A stretch of DNA of 63,908 nt, the filler included, from Folioceros fuciformis (taxonomy: Eukaryota): the NCBI GenBank assembly GCA_049999805.1. It is 5 parts of 4 records of this genome, joined end to end, with 100 filler letters (N's around TTAATTAATTAA, not from the genome) between each part and the next. Parts side by side here need not be neighbours in the genome. Positions count along the whole stretch, not along the records: positions 45,543 to 59,660 come from JBNGIO010004092.1; positions 59,761 to 63,908 come from JBNGIO010004095.1; 3 more parts are not named here. The stretch is one strand, 5' to 3'. Below the pieces are notes generated by a model. That model made no database searches. It was not told where the DNA came from and saw only the letters and a list, made by a program, of their open reading frames with translations. A program made the position numbers and the translations under genes. This document shows, in pieces, positions 48,791 through 60,410 of this stretch; the first letter of the stretch is position 1; the number at the start of each line of letters is the position of its first letter.

Positions 48791-49171
48791 AGATGGGCTC
48801 CAAGGCGGGATTGAATGGCAGGCGCTAATGGTCACTATGCTCTTAATGCGAGCACGGAAACCAAAGTGCGGACTCACCATGGTTAGCATGTCACAGCGCA
48901 ACGGCCATGCCATCGCATCGCGCTCATCCACTCTCCCATTTGGCTCGACGGCATTTCGTGCTCCCCCTAATGTAATGTATAATATATATTAGCTATACCG
49001 TATAGCGATACATACCGTATACCCATATGTCTATGTATTCCTAAACTCGTCTTCAGTTTGGAGAAGTGCATACTTTGAAAGTGTCGTATCCCAGTGCAAA
49101 CTCTGAAAAATTTGTATCCCCGCACACTCGCGAGACCAAGCTCCAGAGCTGGTCGTGACCGAATTTGCAGA

Positions 49172-49571
49172 ATGAAGCTTGACTTGAACACGGTGGTCGC
49201 TCAGTTGGAGGAGGACGAGCCTACCCAGCTCAGCTTTATGCCTTTGCGCATCACTGTATAGGATTACGACAGAGGCTCACATGTCTATAGAGGTTGTGTG
49301 AAATGTTTCATTGGTATCTCACCGGGAGGGTGGTGTAAAAAATGTAAGGTTGTTGTGAATGGGCAAAATGCAATGCCGGCTGCGACTCCTCCTTGTTGAT
49401 TCCAGTTGTAAGGCATGGGCGACGACATTCACTGCTGGTAGAGATTTTATGAGGCTCACCCCTGAAGAGTTTAGCGTGAAGGAATTACAAGGAGAAGGTA
49501 CAGAAGTCTTGGACCGGTTGCTGCACAAGAGTTTCCTGTGTCTCTTCTCCATCAAAAAGGTGTCAAGGTGA
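49172..49571 (+). pseudogene. RPA70 C-terminal-like Zn-finger OB-fold gene inside the MULE (one premature stop, one frameshift)
   Basis: MKLDLNTVV...ITV*DYDRGSHVYRGCVKC...WCKKCK, then a shifted frame CRLRLLLVDSSCKAWATTFTAGRDFMRLTPEEF...LHKSFLCLFSIKK. This matches the Rep_fac-A_C pattern YxxCxxC..CxxC..l.l.D.t...w.t.F. Confidence 0.65.
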
Positions 49572-49747
49572 CACCCTTCCAGCATCATCATTCTAAGGGC
49601 TGATGTAGTCTACGTTCAGGAATTGTTTCCTGACCTTGGTGTGATGAACAATAGAGCTTATAATTTGCCATGGTTCTGCATAGTTGCTCAGACACTTCTT
49701 GTGCAAACATTTTTAGCTTTTCATGCGGACACAAATGAGTGCAGAGC

Positions 49748-52330
49748 CTATGAAGACCTTGTGAGCAAACATGTGAACAAGCCTTTGTCAATTGTTGTGC
49801 CCATTGTCGTTTGTTGTTCTCTGTCTATAGTTGTAACTATTGTGTTGGTTTCACTTCCAACAAAGAGTCTTGCTGCAATATATCTCGTAGTTTCTCTTGG
49901 AGCAATTATAATGTTGAAGCTTTTGTAAGCGGCCAAAGACACAAGCTGTCCAACGTAAATTACAAAGTGCTTACTATAGTTGGTTTTTAATTGATGTCTT
50001 ATATGTCCATATACCACAAATAGGCTTGCATTGCCTACCACATATTATGGAACAATGGTGTCCACTCGTCCAGCAAGCTCCACGAAAGTGGGCTGTTTCT
50101 TCTTATATGGCAACTTCCAAGTACTACTTCTTTCCCAAAAAGCAAGCTTCCTTTTCAAGTTATTATCTAAATTGCTATTATCAGCTAGCAATGGAAGTGT
50201 TGGAAGCATGGTGTTGCCTACTGTACCAGCTCCCATGCCCTCTAATTGTCTGATCATTTGCTGAAATAAGCTCTTCACGTGTTGCTGAAGCGAAGGCCAC
50301 TTTTCCAAAACCATTGTCAATTGTTGGTACAAACCTTCCAAACTTGGAGATGTCACCAATGTACCTACTGTGCACATGGTTGCTTGCTTAAGAACGGGAA
50401 TACCAATCTCACCTTGGCTACTTGTCCCCAAGCCATCGTCATGTGGGAGGAAATTCTCCCACATGGAAGTTTCCTCTTCAAGACTAGGTAGAAAGCTATG
50501 TTGGAACTTAGTTTGAGCGACTGCAACTTCAGAATACCTAACAACCAGCTTTTGAGTGGGGACTACCTTGTCCATGAGCAACATAACCTTGAGCTGGTGT
50601 TTGCACATGAAACCTCGCATCCCTCCCTTGCTTACACGTACAATAACCCCAAGCAGTTCTAGCACCACTCACAATATTTCTACGTGTTGTCCCATTGTCC
50701 TGACTATTGACATAAGCAATATTTGGAGAGTCTGGAGTTGGTAAGACCACATGGTTGTCTAATATGGCTGTTGCTTTTTGGAGAGCACTTCGCACAATGT
50801 TCTCTTGCTTGGAATTTCAAAGCATGCCAACTGCCTTACGCTGGGCTACATACCAAAAGTGTCTGTTAAACCTCTTCGAACAAAATATGCAGCAGCCAAT
50901 TCAATCGCCAATTACGAAGGGTTTTTCTTGGAGAGCAAACATATGTACTTCAGATGTTTGTGATATGCTTCTATGGATGAGTTGTAGTCTGGTCCGGCAT
51001 GTGGAATTGTCCTAATTGCTTTAATCCACTATAGCATGTTAAAACCCCACTGGTCTTTAAAATACTTCACAAAGCTGCTAGCAAACTCCTGGAAGGTAGC
51101 ATAAAAAAATCCAAGTCTTTGCACGCATGCTTGGTTTATGTCTACCCAACATCAATGTCCATATGCATGATATCACCTAAGGATTTCATAATTGTATACC
51201 TGGTGTCGGGTCCCTTCACCTTTTTTAGCAATTGCCGCAGCCAAGCCCTCCGAACATGCCATAGACATAAGAGAATCAGGACGTTACTTCCAAACACAGA
51301 CTTGATGCCATTTATTTCCACCATACAATTGTCTATCACAAAAGCAGTCGGTTGCCAATCTGCCCTATGTAGAAGCATCCTTGCTTGTAAGGATTCCAAC
51401 CACTGTGAAATATTGGCTGCCATATCCTGGCTGGTAATCACCCAAGCCATAGGGATACCGTTAAAATGATCGTAAAAAACCAACAGAGTGAATAGTTGGA
51501 ACTTCCACTTATTGGTGCCAAATGTGGCATCCATAGATATCACTCACTTGTGAGCCCAACGCAACATGGACTGTGACTGAAAATCTGTTTGGATGCCTAA
51601 CATAAAATCCTTGGCATGTAGCTCTTCTCTTGGCAAAGGGAAAAATACCTCCTCCCTGTGGACATCTATTCATAGCTTGACACTCACCTCATTATTTACA
51701 TGGAATCGCCACACCCTGGAATCCAACTATGCCTGCAAATTCCTTATGTCTCTAGGCAGAAAAAAAATCATCCCGCTCAAGGATTGCTTGCACATAACGA
51801 TGCTTCCTTAAAAACACCTGAGACTCATGGTCAATCAGGATCTGAAAAGTAGTCATCTTGCGGAGCAACTTATACTTCACCCACTCCTTCTTAGCTATGG
51901 ACAAGTAAGGAGCAAGGGTACAATTTGAAGCTGAATCACTCGCTAACAAACCATGACAATACTCTTCCGTTGAATCAATGTGCTCCCTTCGATGTAGTCT
52001 CAATTCAGCAACCTCAGAAAACATCTCTAGCTGTGTTACAAATAACAAAAACTGACACCCACGTTTCTTGCTTTCTCCACAGGCAATCTTGGACCGCCTG
52101 CTTCCTTTGCCTAACTTTGGCTTGTTAGTGATGTCCGCACAAACTCCAAAATCTGGAGGAGTTTGCTTTCGGTAGCCATAAGCACAAGCAAACTTGATGT
52201 AGTACCAAGGAGTGGTAGATGAAATTCCTCTTCGCCTCACACCAGATCTGGTCCAAACATTGGCCCTTATCAATTTGGTGGGGAAGAATGTCTACTTCTC
52301 TTCACCAGCAATGAAATATGGGTACCTCAT
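49748..52330 (-). pseudogene. MULE transposase with SWIM zinc finger, disrupted by stops and frameshifts
   Basis: Fragments KKRGCQF...HREH, ISMDATFGTNKWKFQLFTLLVFYDHFNGIPMAWVI, AFVIDN...LLCLWHVRRAW and YCTCKQG/CKHQLKV lie in several frames. Confidence 0.88.
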
Positions 52331-53351
52331 TCAGGGAATGTAGCAACGTTTCAAGGAAGTCACCTTCTCCTAGACAAGATGCTCACCATCCTACCAATTC
52401 AATCTCCTTACAGAAAGGATCAGGAACCTGGATTTTGTACTTCAAAAGGGCAAGTTGAGGCAGGATGGGGGCACCCACATGCCTTCTTGGCATTATTCAT
52501 CCATAAACTCTACAGGATTGTCTTCTCAGTTTGCAAATTCGGTCACGACCAGCTCTGGAGCTTGGCCTTGCGAGTGCGCGGGGATACGAAACAATTTGCA
52601 CGGGATGCGACACTTTCAGAGTATGCACTTCTTCAAACTAAAGACGGGAATACATAGAATACGAAGATATATAGGTATACGGTACGTATCGCTATATGGT
52701 ATAGCTATATTATACGTTACATTAGGGGCGCACGAAATGCCGTCCAGCCGAACGGTAGAGTGGATGAGCTCGATGCGATGGCATGGCCGCTGCGCTGTGA
52801 CATGCTAACTATGGTGACTCGGCACTTTGATTTCCGTGCTCGCATTAAGAGCACAATGACCATTAGCGCCTGCCGGATTGAATTGGCCAGGTGCAAGGCT
52901 GGAGTCAATTGGCCGGGTCCTGCAGGTCCTAGCCGGGAGAGAATTGGACAGGTCCGAATCGAGATTGAATTGGCCATCACGTCGTGAATTGGCCAGGCCC
53001 GGGAAGCTAGCAACTATTGCACCTGCAGCGTGGAAGGGGGCTATACTGTCCGTCCCCTTGTGGAAGCTATGGTCAAGTCCCTTAGATTGATGGTTCGACT
53101 TAAATCCGAGAAATCATGTAGTTCATGAAGTTCGACTAAGCGATAGACCGAGATCCGGCGACAGCTCACCAATGCGTACAGAATCAATTATGCTTGAATG
53201 ACGATGTAACTGCTGGTCAAAACTTCATAAAAAATTGAACCTCCGCACCAATTGAAACTGCTCGTGGCAATAAGCTTCCCCATGTACTCTGAAAAGAACT
53301 GCTTCCCCATTCACTCTAAAGAGGACAGAGGGAGGCAGGTTCTAACACAAG

Positions 53352-56300
53352 TCACACAGCCACCGGCTCCAGCTTTGCAGCAGCAACTTCTGGCACTGTG
53401 TCTGTTACCTGCCAACAGATACAAAAGAGATGAACGACTTGCAACATTGGACGTGCGAGCTGTCAAGGGTAGCACAGAAGTTACGAACGTGCGCCATTTT
53501 GAACAGTTCGTCTAAAACCTCCGACAGCGTTGGGTGCGCATGCACTGCGAACTTTATGTCCTGCAACGAGTAAACATTCGCACATCATTGGCAGCCCAAC
53601 AACATGGGTAGCCACTTGCCAATTCAGAAGTGTGCCGGGTGACACACCTTTACTGTTTGTCCAGTTGCAATTGCGTTTGAGGCCTCGTGGATAAGGTCAG
53701 CTGCATGCAGACCCAAAATATGGACTCCCAGAATTTCACCCGTATCCCCTCGGTATATCAGCTTCAATAGTCAGGAAAGAAAACGCTTTCAGCCCAGAGT
53801 TCCAAGTTGATAACCAGCTAAGAATCAAACCGTTCAGTAAGATATGATCAAGCACCTTCGCTATGCCATCACCCTCATTCTCGGCAAGGGCCTTTGTGTT
53901 TCCCTTGAAGCTTGTCTTCACAACTTTTACCTCGAATCCCTCTACTTTTGCTTTGTCTCGTGCCTGAGGCTGAAATTTTTCCGAGGAGCATATATGAGAG
54001 CCTAAGAAAATAGAATTAGAGAAAAATGGCACAAGACAAAACCATCTCACCTCCGTAAGGCCAGCCATACTGATCTCAGGATGAGTGAAACATGCAGCAG
54101 GAATACTGAGATGGTTCAGGACATTGTCGTTCCCAGATATCTGTTCTACAACTGGGATAACCCAAGAACCTTCATGGTCAGGGATGACCTGCTAGCAACA
54201 TTTAACACTGATGCACTCTAGGCCAGAAATCATCCAGGAAAGTCACATACCAGAAATTCCTTGTGCACTAGCTGCATGCGCAAGCATCATCTTGCCATTT
54301 GCATCTCCAATGCAAAATAGATGTGGGACCTGTGCAAAGGACCTCATCAGAGAAGGCACAAGATGCCTCAAACGTCAAATTAAACATGGCACAAGAGCAT
54401 GCATTTAGCCCATACAAAACCGAAGGGAAAGATTCAGACCAATTTGCCCTCCCCATCTAATACCCGCATGCGTTCATCCACAGGGACATAACCGCGCTGT
54501 GTGACCACACCCACCTGCAAGGACAAGTCTGAGAAAATGTTAATATCTTTGAAGTATTCGAAGGCAACATGAACGTTCAACAATTTTGAACAACCATAGC
54601 ATGGCACTCCACAAGCCTGTGGAGAACTCACGTTTTCTAGTCCCAAGCCCTTTGTGAAAGGTGCTCGTCCTGTGGCAATGAGTGCAGCATCCACCTGCCG
54701 TGGCAATGATTTACATGTTAGGGTCTAAACCAGTGCAAGCGTACGAGCCTCCTAAGGACAGATCCATAGAAGGCTACCTCCAAAACTTCCTTTAACTCCT
54801 TTGTCTTCGTGTCCACTAATTCGATCAAGACGGGCTTGCCATCCTTTGAAGGTGTGATCTGCACGTACAAACAACTCAAACACTGAGACTGCAGGCTCAG
54901 CAGTGACTAGCAAACAGAGCCCGTCCAGGCGACACCACCTTACCTTCTTAGCAAGGACACCCGTGTGGTAGTCAATCTTCCGTGGAGTGATCAAGATCCT
55001 CTGAGCAAGCTTTCCAATCTCAGGGTCAAATCCAGGCATTAGAGAATCGAGCGCCTCCACAAATGTCACCTGGAACAGAGCAGGGTGCTCTTATCAAAAC
55101 ATCTTAGGTCTTCACAGACGATGATGTTAGGTGCTCCTTCAAGATACTTCACAAACTGCTAACCTCACTTCCGAGAGCAGTGTATACATCACTGAACTCT
55201 AGACCTATGTACCCACTGCCAACAATGGCTATCCAATCGGGAACCCATTCCAACTTCAATGCATGATCACTCGTGAACACTGATTTACCTGCAAGCCCCA
55301 CAGAGATAACGAGACACTAAGGATTCTGATGGGTCTACAGAGTAGAAACGACATTATCCCCAGCAAGAAACTCTACCACTTCAATGTTTCAGGATGATTC
55401 TCACCATCAATTTCGATGCCTGGCGGCACGAAGGGAACCGATCCCGTTGCAATAATGATATTTCGGGCGGTCACAACCTTATCAGGATAACCTATCTTCC
55501 CATACTTCACTTTTTGTGGGCCCTGAGCAAAGCATCAGGGGATGATAAGTAAGTTCACAGACCTGTTCAGAAAACACCTATCGGAGTTCTAAGCCACGTG
55601 ACGAGTCACAGGTGTGATCATCAATCAAAGGTTTCAAGGGGATCCGGGACTTACAAGCAGAGTTCCGACACCTAGAAGGATATCCACGCCGATAGCCTTC
55701 ATCGAGTTCGTCAAATTCCCTCGGATTTTGAGAGCTAGGTTTTCTGCGTGAGCTGCAACAGCCTCCCTATCGTAGGAGGCTGCAGCAACCTGAATAGAGG
55801 AAAAGTTTCGCAACACTTAGTTGCAAATTCGCATTCGCTGTCCTCAGTATCTAAACACATGGGGTGCGTAATGAATAGCCCACCTGGATGCCGAGAGCCT
55901 TGAGATGATGCTCATCTCGGAGTTCTCTCATGCGCCCACTCGCAGCCAGAAGGGCTTTTGACGGCACACAACCTCTATTGACACACGTTCCTCCCACAAC
56001 ATCTCCCTCAATAATTGCAGTCTTGAGGCCCTGTTCAATTTCACACACATTCTCAAACAAGATAGAGATCTGCGACCCCCGTTCTAACAAACGAAAGTCC
56101 GATCCTCTCAAGATGCGCCCACGTGTCGCATCCTGCTAAATTCATCGAGTACCTACCCTCTCGACAGCATGAAGTGCAGCGCCATGTCCTCCAACGCCTG
56201 CTCCGATGATGATCAAATCATAGTCAAACGACTGAGGGCCCCCATTACTGGACGCCTGCGCTCTGAGATCGAAGGACCTTGCGAAACTCTGCGACAACAA

Positions 56301-56504
56301 GTGATCCTGCCCGCCGAACTTGCGAGAGTCAGATCTCCCAGACGCGCACAGACAGGCAAGCTGCTGGTAGCTACCCCGCAAAAACACCCGACCAGACGAC
56401 AGGGGCCAGCTGGAGGAAGCAGCAGACTTCCGGCATTCGGCTGCACCAGAAGTGTGAGAGCGCAGAGACGCAGGTTGGACAATGGCAGTAGCAGAAGCAG
56501 CCAT
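53352..56504 (-). CDS. LPD1: Plastidial dihydrolipoamide dehydrogenase (E3 of plastid PDC), many exons
   Basis: Transit peptide, [65 protein letters not shown] and [16 protein letters not shown]; last exon [18 protein letters not shown]. Confidence 0.95.
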
Positions 56505-57360
56505 TGCTTGTTCGCACCCCTGGTGTGCGAATGGGGTACAGGGCGTTCTGCAGGTGAGGAAGTCTTTCTCCTTTCCGCTTGCAAGCTTAGACGCTGGTTG
56601 TTGGGGAGTCTTGGTGTTGTCGTTGCACCTACACTCCTTCCTTTCCCCCGCCCCACTTCAGCTGCCCTGTCGAGGTGCAATGAGAAGGCCTGCCGGGACA
56701 CCCCGGACAAGACTAAGACACTGCCCCTAAGTTTGCCATGCAAGACTGGTGCCAGACCAGGAATGTCGGTGAGTCCGCCTAGCCTGCCCCACTTGGCCAT
56801 TGCCATCGTTTTTATCACTCTCCTTTCAACCATTCCCTTGGTCGCATAACCACCGATACCTTCGCACGGTAGCAAAGCAAACGTCATGTTAAAAATCCTA
56901 ACGGTTTACTTCTTTTTTAAAAATATTATAAAACAGACATGAAACCCATTTACCCATTAATAGGAAAGGCAATAACCAATTGAAGGGCACGTTATTTCGC
57001 GCCATCTTTCAAAATTATCAACTGCACATAGAACTCTATGGTCAAAGATGTGAAAGGCCTATGAACATAGAGTTTATTTTCTCGCGAGAACCTATTACCA
57101 TAGAGTTGAAGACGCACCTTCCTTCAACGCACCTTCTTCCAAGTTCATTGACTCATGTACAATGGTTTAAGTTCTTTGTAAATGGTTATGGATAACCTTT
57201 GCTCAAAGAAATCAACTATACAAGATGCAGCTTCTTCTACGTTCATTGACTTATGTTCATTGCATTGGTCTAAGTTCTTAGTAAATAGCAATGGATATCC
57301 TTTGCTCAAAGAAATCAAATATACAAGAAAGGGGAAGATTAGCATCAGTCTAGCAGTAGT

Positions 57361-57553
57361 GATAAACCTTGTTGCATGCTTGGTGAAGATAAACCTTGTT
57401 GCATGCTTGGTGAAGATAAACCTTAGCGCATGCTTTCGTGAAGATAAACCTTTACGCATGCTTTCGTGAAGATAAACCTTTGCGCATGCTTTCGTGAAGA
57501 TAAACCTTTGTGCATGCTTTCGTGAAGATAAACCTTGGTGCATGCTTTGGTGA
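57361..57553. repeat. 27-28-bp tandem repeat x7 (GATAAACCTTTGCGCATGCTTTCGTGAA)
   Basis: Read directly: two 27-bp units followed by 28-bp units. Confidence 0.92.
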
Positions 57554-59660
57554 CTATGGTGGCGAAACCTCAAGCACCTGAGGATCGAGACTTTGACCTC
57601 TACCGTCCACACTTATCCCTCTATTGTTGAGACATTGGGGTTTGTTCCCATGAAGGAGTGCTGGAGCTCTAGCTGTTAAGGATGGAGGGTCAGCCCTTCT
57701 ACTCATACAACCCACTATACCCTACGAACCCCCTAGGAACATATGACAAGGGTTGTATTCCTATGGCTGGTCCGACCTTACGATTTCAACACACATGCAC
57801 ACTCTTGATGATGGATTTGAGGGCTCCCTTTTAGCTCAGGTTAGATGTGGGATAGCCCTGGTTATCCAACGGTCTACTGCACCTCTCCGGTACCAATGTA
57901 CTCACTACAACCACTACAATGACACTCAACTCTAAGGCCTGCAACTTTCCTTTCTCAATCACTCACTCACTTATGCACCTACATCAACAAGACTACACTC
58001 TATACATTCTTATCAACTCTCCCACTCAACAAGAGCCACTCAACTAATGTGAAAGCGAATATATAATAACTCGTTACATTTATGGATAAGTGTCATTTCA
58101 GTTTTTAAGGTTTCAATAGTATTCAAGTTGATAGTTTGTTTTGAGATATTTACTATTAAAACGCCGTCTGAAATATATCGGCTTTCTCCACACATAATGG
58201 CTTCCAATGTTAATCCAAACATATTTGCCAATTTCTACCAATTCGGCTGGTTTTTTCAAGTTTTTGTAGGTGCATGTATGGAAAAAACATACAGTTTGGA
58301 CATGTCTATACCTCTAGTCCGTGACCTTGTGCTTTTTAGCATGTTGCATCCGATGACTCACCACGCTTTGTAGGTCTCTTCATCTGGCGAATGTGTCACC
58401 TTCCAACATTTCAGCATTTTATATCTTTTTGGATTTGGTATGCCATGGTGCCTCCAAGTCGTCTATGGAGGCAAAACCCCGGGCACTAATTGCCGATGGG
58501 TTCCACCTTTAGTGGCCACACTTATCCCACTGTCGTTGAGACATTTGGTTCCGTTCCCACGAAGGAGTGATGGGGTTCCTTGCTGTTGTGGATGGAGGGT
58601 CGGACTTGATCGACTCGATGATGGATTCGAGGGCTCCCCTCCAGCTCTGTTCAAGCGTAGGACAGGCCTCGCTGTCCGGCGGTCAGCTGCACCTCTCTCG
58701 ATGCCCACAAACTCACTCCAGTCACTACAACGACCCTAACCTCTTAGATCTGCGACTTACCTCACTCACTTCACTCACTCTCTCACTCCAGCACCAACAC
58801 CAGCAACTAACCATGACACCACTACCTTCTACATTTCCCTGCTGACTCCTCCTACCCGGCAAGAGTCACTAGACTAACCCAAAGAAAAGAAAGAAGGGAA
58901 CACACTCCCCTCTTGGGTATCTCCTCCCCACAACCTTTCCAGACGCCATGAGACATGGCCGGCCTACAACACTTGTCCAAGCAAGGAACAAGAGTGGACA
59001 GGTCGAGAGAAAGACACATTACAATCAAGAGCTAGGGGCAAGCCCCTTTACCCTGGTCATTACACCTTGTGATCCTACCAGACACTATACAACCGGCAAC
59101 ACGCTGCCTACGATCCTACCAGACACTGTACAGCCGGCAACACACTGCCTGCGATCCTACCAGACACTGTACAGTCGGCAACACGCGACTTGCGATCCTA
59201 TCAGACACTGTACAGTCGGCAACATGCGGCTTGCGATCCTACCAGACGTTGCAAAGCCGGCAACACACTACAGGTCCTAAACCAAGCAGGGACAGACCAC
59301 AAGAGCTCATGAAGAGAGGACCTCCAAGAGCTCACGAAGGGATAGACTGACTCCCAAAGTGAATGACTCCCTCCTCCTACAGGCTCACCTGATCTTATAG
59401 GAGCCTCTCTCTCTCTCTAACTTCACCTCTCTCTAACTTGAGAAATATTAGTTTAATAGCCTAGCCGGCTATCACCAGCCACTTATTTAGACTTCTAGCA
59501 CAACCTGCCACCAATGAGCTCCTGGCCCTACCACCACAAGGATCTACCACCTCTTAGACCATCCTAAGACTTCGGAGGATGTCTGATCTTCAAAGATCTG
59601 CGGACGCCGCCTCTTTCTTGTTGGGTGGTCGCCCGCTAAGTCTTCCCCTGCAACTGTTCA
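57554..59660. mobile_element. Two diverged direct copies (about 57554-58047 and 58462-58878) of an LTR-like repeat; the second probably continues to the spacer
   Basis: Collinear shared blocks CTATGG.GGC.AAACC, CCACACTTATCCC, GTTGAGACATT, GATGATGGATT.GAGGGCTCCC, CTGCACCTCTC and CAAGAG.CACT..ACTAA. No coding domain seen, so LTR identity is inferred. Confidence 0.5.
59068..59272. repeat. 41-bp tandem repeat x5 (GCGATCCTACCAGACACTGTACAGCCGGCAACACGCTGCCT)
   Basis: Units recur at 59070, 59111, 59152, 59193 and 59234. Confidence 0.92.
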
Positions 59661-59760
59661 NNNNNNNNNNNNNNNNNNNNNNNNNNNNNNNNNNNNNNNN
59701 NNNNTTAATTAATTAANNNNNNNNNNNNNNNNNNNNNNNNNNNNNNNNNNNNNNNNNNNN
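59661..59760. other. Artificial contig-joining spacer
   Basis: N44-TTAATTAATTAA-N44. Confidence 0.95.
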
Positions 59761-60410
59761 CAGCGTGGCTTATCTGTGCTCGATTTGCGAAGATGGCTGT
59801 GGGCAGACGCCGCGCAACATGCCTGCCCCAAGCTCATGTCTCTGTCAGCATCAGCGCGTTCACGATTACAGCGCGCAGCTAATGCACGGGCACTGGGCTT
59901 CATCAGGGGAACAATGAAGCGCTGAGGTGCCAACTTGTGATTTCGTCTTCTCTTGAAATTCTTTCAAGAACAATGAGGATGCTGCAACATTGGTGAAGAT
60001 GCCGAGGTGCAAGGCAGCTTCTCACACACAGTGGAGAAGTGTTTGCCCTCAACCTTCACCTAAACCAGCAAGGTTTTTTGTTTGTTCATCTTGCCGGAAG
60101 CTAGAATCCGGACATTTTGCAAGCAACCAGCCACAACCTTTTGTGAGACGTATTTCCAATCGAGGCCCTGCTCAGCATACACCTTCTTCATTTCCTCGTA
60201 ACTTTCTATAACGACAACTTGAAGCTGATTTGAGGGAAGCATCTCACCAGATCCATGATTTACAAGATTTTCTCTCTATTCTTCTAACTGGAATTCAACA
60301 ATTATTTTTTCTGTCTACTCCAACTGAAGAGGAGAAGCGTGTGCATTTGGCTAGGCTATTTTCACCGGGACGCCCACGCGTGCCCCGTTCTTAATGTTTG
60401 AAAATTGGAC

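Larger units (their letters stand above)
48817..52874 (-). mobile_element. Complete Mutator-like DNA transposon (MULE), 4058 bp; TIRs 48817-49169 and 52532-52874; 9-bp TSD GGATTGAAT
   Basis: Left end GGCAGGCGCTAATGGTCA is the reverse complement of right end TGACCATTAGCGCCTGCC, and the inverted similarity runs about 350 bp. GGATTGAAT occurs at 48808-48816 and 52875-52883. An internal MULE transposase is present. Confidence 0.95.

Noticed and set aside
48692-49191. Similar short ORFs at 48692-49191 (-) and 52455-52987 (+)
   Set aside because: They are translations of the MULE terminal inverted repeats, not duplicated genes.
56169-56887. Two ~225-aa ORFs overlapping the LPD 5' end
   Set aside because: Alternative-frame or antisense products of the LPD first exon and UTR; no motifs.
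57361-59272. 28-bp and 41-bp arrays, and the 24-bp array at 43855, as CRISPR-like
   Set aside because: Units are directly adjacent with no unique spacers, there are no cas genes, and the context is eukaryotic.
60060-60242. Short minus-strand ORF upstream of Copia gag
   Set aside because: 60 aa with no recognisable homology; cannot be supported.
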